Of a stretch of DNA of 54,488 nucleotides, positions 26,662 to 33,668 are shown in pieces (the stretch's first letter is position 1; the number at the start of each line of letters is the position of its first letter). The translations under genes were made by a program, and so were the position numbers. Below the pieces are notes generated by a model. The model was given only the letters and a program-made list of their open reading frames with translations, searched no databases and was not told the origin of the DNA. The DNA comes from a virus (Duplodnaviria; Heunggongvirae; Uroviricota; Caudoviricetes): the IMG/VR virus record IMGVR_UViG_3300042992_000089; one strand, written 5' to 3'.

Positions 26662-27528
26662 ATGGCTAAAACAGTAATAATAAGATTAACTTGCTCAGGT
26701 GGCAGAACAGGACCCTTTGATATCTCTGATAACTTAGGGACAGTCTTGGGCATTGACATTACTAAACAAGACCTTATTGATGGATATACTGTTAGTGTTG
26801 CTGACTCTGTTACTACAATAATTATAAGATCTAAAGGTAAGTGTTCTACTAGCATTAATGTTACAATTGGTACAGCTACAAAAGAACAGCTTGCTGCTTT
26901 AGACTACACTGTATGTAACACAGGATCTATATGGAAGCATTTAGATGATACAATACATTATAACAAATACTATGGTAATGTAGAACCATACATAATTGAA
27001 TATCCATTTGCTTATCAAACCTATGATGAGATACTTCAGAATGTTAAAGATTATAGTAAGGTGTATAACTATATACCATCTGTAGATGGAGTGGTTAATG
27101 AAACTGCTAAGATAGAGGTTGATAATCAATGGTTTAACAAAGCTGTTCTATATAATGGACAACAGTCTACAGGTATATTAGAACTTGTACCAAAGCCAAT
27201 CAACAACCTAAAACAATACTTAGCTTACCCAATATATAATGACTTTAGCAAGACTATCACTTATACTAAGTCAGATAACTTCTATCAATATAATACATTC
27301 TGGGGATTAGTTAAGAATAAATCATTACCTTTGTTTAGAACAAGTTGTGAGTCTTTATCAGTAGATAAGGTTGTAAATCAAGTGAATATGGATTATGGAA
27401 AACGTTCATTTAAGAAAGAACCATTGAGAGCCAAAGACTTAAAGGTAAGACACATCCTTGACAATAGCTCTGAAGCACATATAGTTTCTCAATTCATTAT
27501 TGCACCTGCTCAAATCTCTTATAAGTAA
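26662..27528 (+). CDS. 'GPF' domain fused to probable C-terminal segment of the stabilisation/muzzle protein
   Basis: Residues ~1-70 are the GPF module; then SIWKH...YNKYYG...PYIIEY...FNKAVLYNGQQSTG...LRAK resembles the usual end of crAss-like stabilisation proteins (recalled, not searched). Confidence 0.55.
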   Translation: MAKTVIIRLTCSGGRTGPFDISDNLGTVLGIDITKQDLIDGYTVSVADSVTTIIIRSKGKCSTSINVTIGTATKEQLAALDYTVCNTGSIWKHLDDTIHYNKYYGNVEPYIIEYPFAYQTYDEILQNVKDYSKVYNYIPSVDGVVNETAKIEVDNQWFNKAVLYNGQQSTGILELVPKPINNLKQYLAYPIYNDFSKTITYTKSDNFYQYNTFWGLVKNKSLPLFRTSCESLSVDKVVNQVNMDYGKRSFKKEPLRAKDLKVRHILDNSSEAHIVSQFIIAPAQISYK

Positions 27529-30500
27529 TGGCTAACTGGTTAGACAAATATGAACAAGGAGGCTTAGTCTTAAAGAAAAAGACCAAGGATAACTATGGCA
27601 AGAAAGCTAATCCTAATGATGTCCAAGTATCTGTAGGTCCTGACTTTGTAGGACTTGGATATAACATTAAGGGTAGGGACTATTCTCCTGCATGGGGTGG
27701 GCGATTTCAGAATGGTGGATTCTTACAACCTAATAGTTCTAAATTGCCAGAAGGATATGTAATACCATATAACACTCCTAGCACTGAATTAGCTATGTCT
27801 ATAGGTGGAGAAAAAGGAGAACCAGCTTATTTAATTCCTTCATTTAAAGGTGGTAAGAAATTAAAAGATCCTATTGCTGAATATAAGAAGACAGGTGAAC
27901 ATCTTGGTGGTCCATTTAAAACATGGCAAGAAGCTGAGAAGTTTGGTGAGATGAGACATGAATATGTAGAGAAAGGACAATCACTTCCTTCTCCATTGAA
28001 GTGGTGGGATGATATGCAAATGGGGGGATCTATGCCAGGTTCTGTAGGCTTCACGTACGCACGTGTAGCTGGCTCAGCTCCTGCTAATGGTAAGTATACT
28101 AAGAAGACAAAAGCTAGTGCTCAGAATGGTCAAGAGATGAAATTCTACCAAGAAGGACTAGACTTCAAACCTAAGAGTATAAGTCAAGATGGAAAAACTA
28201 TTCCTAATGAGAAAGAGGAAATAAAACCAATTACAACTTCTCAAAAAAACATAGGACAAGCTGCAGCATGGAAAGTAATAGAAGCTATTAAAGCTAACAC
28301 TCCATATCAATTATCAGAAAGTGCTGTAAAGTCTGGAATAGATCCATCATTAACATGTATAGGTGGTGTATGTAATGTCTATAAAGATTTAGGTGTTGAC
28401 TTCTCTGGTGTAGGAAATGAAAAACAAGGTGTAAGAGAATCAAGAACAAAAGGTAAAGTAGTAGAATATAATCCAACATTTGATAAAAACTATAAAGCTG
28501 CTGGATTTGAAAAAGTAAAAGGAAGACCTATTGAATTTAATGAGTTAACTGATATAATACAAAAAGGAAACTTAAATCCAGGAGATTTTATACAATACTA
28601 TAATAAAAAAGGTATTCCAGATCATACTAATATTGTATTAGGTTCAAACCCTGATGGCAGTGTTGAGGTTTATAATTCATATAAACATGGACAGGTAACA
28701 AGAGGAGAAAGTAAAGAACCTTATGTATATACATTAAATCCTGAAGCACAAGACTATAAAGGTAAAAAAATTAATGTATTTAGAGTAGGTGATCAAAAGG
28801 CAACAGAAATAAGAGATGCAAGTGCAAATGATCCAAGTGGTATAACAAACACTTGGTTTAATTACAATATGGAGAAGGCGATTCAAAGAAGAATGAAAAT
28901 ACTAGAAAAGGATTACCAAGAACTTGCAAAACAAAGTGGTGAACCTGCTAAAAAACTAACTCCATCACAATTAAGAAAAGCTGCAATAGAAGAAGAAAGA
29001 CGTATTTATGAATCAGATCCTATGTTTAAAAGAAACCTAGAGATAATAAATACAGTTGACTTTTCTGAATCTCCACAAGAAGCAATGTATAGAACATTGA
29101 ATAAAAAGAAAAATGGTGGATGGTTAGATAACTACAGTGAACCAATAAGAGATGACAGAGGACAGTGGGCTCATCCAGGTAAGATAACAGAGATAGGATC
29201 TAACAATATTACAATGCAAGGGGTAGACTATCCTGTTCTTGGCATATCTGATACAGGTGATACACAGATGATGTATCCTGATCAAGATTATAAGTTTGAT
29301 GGTGAAAAGGTTACAGAGTATCCAATGGCTCAAGATGGTGAGAACATTACCAAAAAACTGAAGAAAGAAGCTGAGGAGAAATTAGAAAGGATGAAGAAAC
29401 CTAAGGCTACTCTATCTCAATATACACCTAAGAAAGGGGAACAAGCTAAGTTTGATAAACAGAAGTTACAAAGAATAGCTGAAGACAATGCTCCATTAAA
29501 TAGAATGGCTGCTAGTAAGGGAGCTAAGAATATGCAAGATGCTATAGAAGCAGCATTGATAATGGAAGGTGGATTGGCAGCAAGTAAGCTTGTTGGTAAA
29601 GGTGCCAAAGCAGCTGCTAAATATGCTACAGAACAAACAGCCTTAAAGAATGTTTATAAGTTAAATCCATATGCATTTAAACCTACAGAGGGAATGATGT
29701 ATAGAGGTATTGGTAAAGAAGGAATGGAAGATGCATTACAAAGTGGTCTGTTTAGAGCTAAACAAAATGTAACTCCTACTAGTATAGGTAACTTTAATAC
29801 TACTAGACAATTTAGTAAAGCTTACTATACTCCTAGATTTGATATAGCAGATCAGTATGGACAAGGGTATATTGCTGAGGTACCAAGAGGAGCTTCTGAC
29901 TGGGGTAAGAGATATGGTAAAAAAGAATGGAGTCAAATAGCTCAAAGAGATATACCTATAACTGAAGGTAAAGTTTTACAGAAAGATTGGTTAAAAAGAT
30001 ATAAAGAAGTTCCTAAACCAACTGCTTCAGAACAAGTTGTAAGAGGTCCAATTCCTGCTCCTTACAAAGGAACAACTTTACCTTATGATAACATTGGATA
30101 TAAGGAACCAGCAACAGGAGAACTAGCTCCATACATGACACCAGAGTTTGAAGCAATTCCATATAGTGAATTACCTAAAACTGTATATCATGGTGGTCCT
30201 AGTGTTATTTCAGACGCAGGTGCTATTAGAATAACTAGAGAAGGATTGCCTATTCAAAGTGCAACTTCTCCAACTTCAAGAGGATTCTATGCAACTCCTA
30301 ATACTTGGATGCATATGGAAGGTTCTCCAAATCCTCTTAGAGATGTAGAAGGATTTTATCCAAAACTTGCTAGTGAGAATGCTGAAAACTATGCAATGGG
30401 AAGAGGGGATGCATACATACATGGAGGTGAGTTTGTTGAAAATCCTAGAATAGTTGACTGGAAAACATTTAGTCAAATGGAACCAGTTAAGAATCTTAAT

Positions 30501-30695
30501 CCTGACTTTAGAAGACTAAGTCCTGAGGCTGCTAAAATAGCAGAAGATCTTGGTATATATGGTCTTAGAGATAATAGTGAATATAACATTCTTAATCCAC
30601 AAAAGGTTTTTAAATCATTTAAACCTGCATATAAAAATCTGGGTAAAGGTTGGGAAAAATATAACAAAGGTGGCTGGTTAAACAAATATAAATAA
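27528..30695 (+). CDS. Polyvalent cargo/ejection protein (NlpC/P60-CHAP-like domain and two ADP-ribosyltransferase-like domains)
   Basis: C277 (LTCIGGV) and H366 (PDHTNIV); YRG...YYT...ADQY; YHG...GFYAT...AENYA; repeated WL[DN][KN]Y and xxGG peptides. Confidence 0.6.
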   Translation: MANWLDKYEQGGLVLKKKTKDNYGKKANPNDVQVSVGPDFVGLGYNIKGRDYSPAWGGRFQNGGFLQPNSSKLPEGYVIPYNTPSTELAMSIGGEKGEPAYLIPSFKGGKKLKDPIAEYKKTGEHLGGPFKTWQEAEKFGEMRHEYVEKGQSLPSPLKWWDDMQMGGSMPGSVGFTYARVAGSAPANGKYTKKTKASAQNGQEMKFYQEGLDFKPKSISQDGKTIPNEKEEIKPITTSQKNIGQAAAWKVIEAIKANTPYQLSESAVKSGIDPSLTCIGGVCNVYKDLGVDFSGVGNEKQGVRESRTKGKVVEYNPTFDKNYKAAGFEKVKGRPIEFNELTDIIQKGNLNPGDFIQYYNKKGIPDHTNIVLGSNPDGSVEVYNSYKHGQVTRGESKEPYVYTLNPEAQDYKGKKINVFRVGDQKATEIRDASANDPSGITNTWFNYNMEKAIQRRMKILEKDYQELAKQSGEPAKKLTPSQLRKAAIEEERRIYESDPMFKRNLEIINTVDFSESPQEAMYRTLNKKKNGGWLDNYSEPIRDDRGQWAHPGKITEIGSNNITMQGVDYPVLGISDTGDTQMMYPDQDYKFDGEKVTEYPMAQDGENITKKLKKEAEEKLERMKKPKATLSQYTPKKGEQAKFDKQKLQRIAEDNAPLNRMAASKGAKNMQDAIEAALIMEGGLAASKLVGKGAKAAAKYATEQTALKNVYKLNPYAFKPTEGMMYRGIGKEGMEDALQSGLFRAKQNVTPTSIGNFNTTRQFSKAYYTPRFDIADQYGQGYIAEVPRGASDWGKRYGKKEWSQIAQRDIPITEGKVLQKDWLKRYKEVPKPTASEQVVRGPIPAPYKGTTLPYDNIGYKEPATGELAPYMTPEFEAIPYSELPKTVYHGGPSVISDAGAIRITREGLPIQSATSPTSRGFYATPNTWMHMEGSPNPLRDVEGFYPKLASENAENYAMGRGDAYIHGGEFVENPRIVDWKTFSQMEPVKNLNPDFRRLSPEAAKIAEDLGIYGLRDNSEYNILNPQKVFKSFKPAYKNLGKGWEKYNKGGWLNKYK

Positions 30696-30715
30696 ATCAT
30701 ACAATAGAGTATAAT

Positions 30716-33592
30716 ATGAAAGACCAAATATTAAAGATTGCTAAAGTAAAGTCTGAGAAGGAATTCTACAAGAAGTATCCTACAGAAGAAGCATTCATGA
30801 AAGTTCATGGTAAAGAGTTAAAGAAAGCTGCTATGGGTAAGTCTATGGTGAACAAACAGTTACACCAACTTACAGACTTTGGCAATCCTCCTAAGTTTCA
30901 AGGTGGTGGTAGTGCTAATGGAAATGTGCTAAATCTTATGGGTTGGGGAAATGCTCAACCTGCTGTACAACCTGCTACTTATAATAGCTGGACAGGACTT
31001 GTTGGTGGATCACAGAATGCTGCTGGACAAGAAGTAGTTACAAAAGCAGCTACAGATGCTGCATTTGGTGAAGGTGGTCTTCCTGAAGGTGCTGGTGGAG
31101 GTGGTATGGCAGCAGGAGTAGCAACAGCAGCTATTGGTGCATTGCCAGGAATCATAGGAGGTATCGAAGCAATTGGTTCACAAAGAAAAGCAATAAATAA
31201 AGCATATCAAGCTAGAGAGTTATCAGAACTAGCTTTACAAGCTGGCTCTACAAGAGAGAAAGTTAAACGTAAATATGTAAGACCAGAAGATAATATTGTA
31301 CAGCCTGGACAGTTAGGTAATCCTTATGGATCAGGTACAAACTTCTTAGCTGAGAATGGTAGAATGATTGGTGGCAATCCTACAGAGATTCAGAACATGT
31401 ACAATCCTGGTGATATGTACACTGACCTTGGATTTGAACCAATGGGAGAAACATTGAAACAATTTAAAAAAGGTGGCAATCTTCCTGAAGCAGCATTTGG
31501 AGATTACTTCCAAAGTTCTGGTCAAGCACAGATTGGTAGTGCTGCAGGTACAGCCATTGGTAGTATTGTAGGTGGACCATTAGGTGGTGCAATTGGTGGA
31601 CTTATTGGTACAGTGGGTGGTAACCTATTAGGTGGTGCTAAAAATGCTAGAGAACTAGAAGCAGAGAAAAAGAAAGCTGAGATGAACACTCAACAAGCTG
31701 CGTTCCAACAAGCTCAACAAAATCAGTTTGGTGCATATATGGAGCAAGGTGGTAAGGTGGATGTAGGTGATGAATATAAGTGGGTTAGTCATACATGGCA
31801 ACCACAAACAATTGCTAAGTTTGGTGAGTATAATGTTAAAGACTTGTTAAAGCCTCCTCATGATGCAGATATGCTAAGAAGTGGTGGTCATTTAAAAGAT
31901 GAGTATTATACACCTCCTAGTGCAGAAGCATTGTTTACTGGCAGACCTGAGCGAAAGCCTTTAACTATGCAACATGGTGGACAGATGGCTATGGGGGGTG
32001 ACTTAGAAATAATTGAAGGTGGTAAGGCAGAAACAATCTCTTATAATCCTTTCCTACCAGATGGTGGTGAGACAGTTATGTTTAAAGGAAGATCTCATGA
32101 CAATGGTGGCATTCCTATTAACTTTGGTGAGAATGGTGTAGAAGTTGAGGGTGGTGAACCAGCTGTTAAACTAAAAGATGGTGGTAAAGACAACAATATG
32201 GTTGTATTTGGTAACATGAAGATTGATAAAAACATAGCAGACCTTATGGGAGATCCAAAAGCAAAAGGTAGAAAGTTCAAACATTATGTAGCTGATATAG
32301 CTAAGAATGATGCAAAACAATTGAAAATAAGTGAGAAGGCTAATGAAAAAATTATCAATGCTGATAATAATAGTACAGCTGGTCATTTACAGTTAATAAC
32401 AAATGAACTTATAAAACAAGGAGCTGAAGAGTATCAAAAGATAAATGCTAAAAAGATTCAGGAAGCAGGTATTGTACAAAATGCTATTCTTGATACAGCT
32501 AGTCAATTAGGAGTTAAGAGTGACAAACTTGCTGAAGGTAAGCTTGAAAAAGAATATGACAAACGTATGATGGCTAAAGATGGTAAGAAATTAAAGAAGG
32601 CTCAAAATGGAGAGTATGAATATTTTGATCCTAAAAATAATTATTTAGAAGAAGAAATTAACACTTCACAAAATACTGGTGGTGTAATGTCTGGATATGA
32701 TCAAAATATGAATTACTTTGATCAGTCAGGAAATCTAGTAGATCAATCTGGAGATCTTCCTAAAGCAGTTGGAGTAGCTGGAGTTGAAGGTGGAGGATTT
32801 GGACAAGCATTAAAGTCATTAGGAAGTACTTTAGGTAAAGGGCTTGAGAAGTATGGTCCTAGTATCCTATCTAACATAGCTCCATTCTTAAGACCTAGTA
32901 ATGCTAATGAAGAATTATCTCCAGATCAATTATATCCTGAATACTTTGCATTGGCTACCAATCAGTTAGAACCTGTACAGGCTCAAACATTCCAGCCAAT
33001 GTTAGATACTCCTATGGATATCTCTTTTAATGATCAGATTAATGCTATTGATGCTCAATCTAGAGCAGCCATTAGAGCAGCAGGTTCAAACCCAGCTGCC
33101 CAAGCAATGATTATGGCTCAGGCATTAGAAGCTAAAAACCAAGTGTTTGGAAATCGAGACAGAATCAATACTACAAACAAGATGCAGATATTTGATAAGA
33201 ATAGAGCAATGTTAAATGATGCTCAGCTTAAAAACTTACAAATTCTTGATAATCAATACGTTAGACAAGCTCAGGCTAGATCTAATACTAAAGAACAAGC
33301 ACTTAGTGCGTTAAGTTCTATAGCTGCTAAGACAGCACAACAAAGAGCTGCTAATAGACAATTGGCTGTTATGGAGAACATGTACAACTTTAGATTCACT
33401 CCAAGTGGTAGAGCAATTAATATGAATGCTCCTGCTCAGTTTAATATTCCTGGAGCAGGAGGGTCTCAAAAATCTACAGATGCAAAAGGAAATGATCTTC
33501 TTCCTATCTATAATAAGAAAGGAGACATTACAGGATATAAAGTCAAAGAAGCTAGACATGGTTCACTTGTAAAAGCTCTAAAAAATCTCTAA
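30716..33592 (+). CDS. Cargo/ejection protein with glycine-zipper hydrophobic segments
   Basis: AAGVATAAIGALPGIIGG; IGSAAGTAIGSIVGGPLGGAIGGLIGTVGG; GRSHDNGG...VEVEGGE motif; Q/N/A-rich C-terminal helices. Confidence 0.65.
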   Translation: MKDQILKIAKVKSEKEFYKKYPTEEAFMKVHGKELKKAAMGKSMVNKQLHQLTDFGNPPKFQGGGSANGNVLNLMGWGNAQPAVQPATYNSWTGLVGGSQNAAGQEVVTKAATDAAFGEGGLPEGAGGGGMAAGVATAAIGALPGIIGGIEAIGSQRKAINKAYQARELSELALQAGSTREKVKRKYVRPEDNIVQPGQLGNPYGSGTNFLAENGRMIGGNPTEIQNMYNPGDMYTDLGFEPMGETLKQFKKGGNLPEAAFGDYFQSSGQAQIGSAAGTAIGSIVGGPLGGAIGGLIGTVGGNLLGGAKNARELEAEKKKAEMNTQQAAFQQAQQNQFGAYMEQGGKVDVGDEYKWVSHTWQPQTIAKFGEYNVKDLLKPPHDADMLRSGGHLKDEYYTPPSAEALFTGRPERKPLTMQHGGQMAMGGDLEIIEGGKAETISYNPFLPDGGETVMFKGRSHDNGGIPINFGENGVEVEGGEPAVKLKDGGKDNNMVVFGNMKIDKNIADLMGDPKAKGRKFKHYVADIAKNDAKQLKISEKANEKIINADNNSTAGHLQLITNELIKQGAEEYQKINAKKIQEAGIVQNAILDTASQLGVKSDKLAEGKLEKEYDKRMMAKDGKKLKKAQNGEYEYFDPKNNYLEEEINTSQNTGGVMSGYDQNMNYFDQSGNLVDQSGDLPKAVGVAGVEGGGFGQALKSLGSTLGKGLEKYGPSILSNIAPFLRPSNANEELSPDQLYPEYFALATNQLEPVQAQTFQPMLDTPMDISFNDQINAIDAQSRAAIRAAGSNPAAQAMIMAQALEAKNQVFGNRDRINTTNKMQIFDKNRAMLNDAQLKNLQILDNQYVRQAQARSNTKEQALSALSSIAAKTAQQRAANRQLAVMENMYNFRFTPSGRAINMNAPAQFNIPGAGGSQKSTDAKGNDLLPIYNKKGDITGYKVKEARHGSLVKALKNL

Positions 33593-33664
33593 CTAATTAA
33601 GTTATAGTGAATTACTAAAATTTGTTATAGCTCTTGGTAATTCTAATATTTTAAATTAATTTTG
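33587..33664 (+). promoter_or_regulatory. Putative promoter (TTG-N20-TAATTTTG) with upstream palindrome TAACT-N5-AGTTA
   Basis: Palindrome 33590-33604; TTG 33634-33636; exact TAnnTTTG 33657-33664, 4 nt before the ATG at 33669. Confidence 0.55.
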
Positions 33665-33668
33665 TATT

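Noticed and set aside
26195-26662. Sequencing frameshift or programmed frameshift explaining the muzzle split
   Set aside because: The intervening DNA holds a complete paralogous gene with its own start, stop and A-rich leader; no slippery site joining the two core parts was seen.
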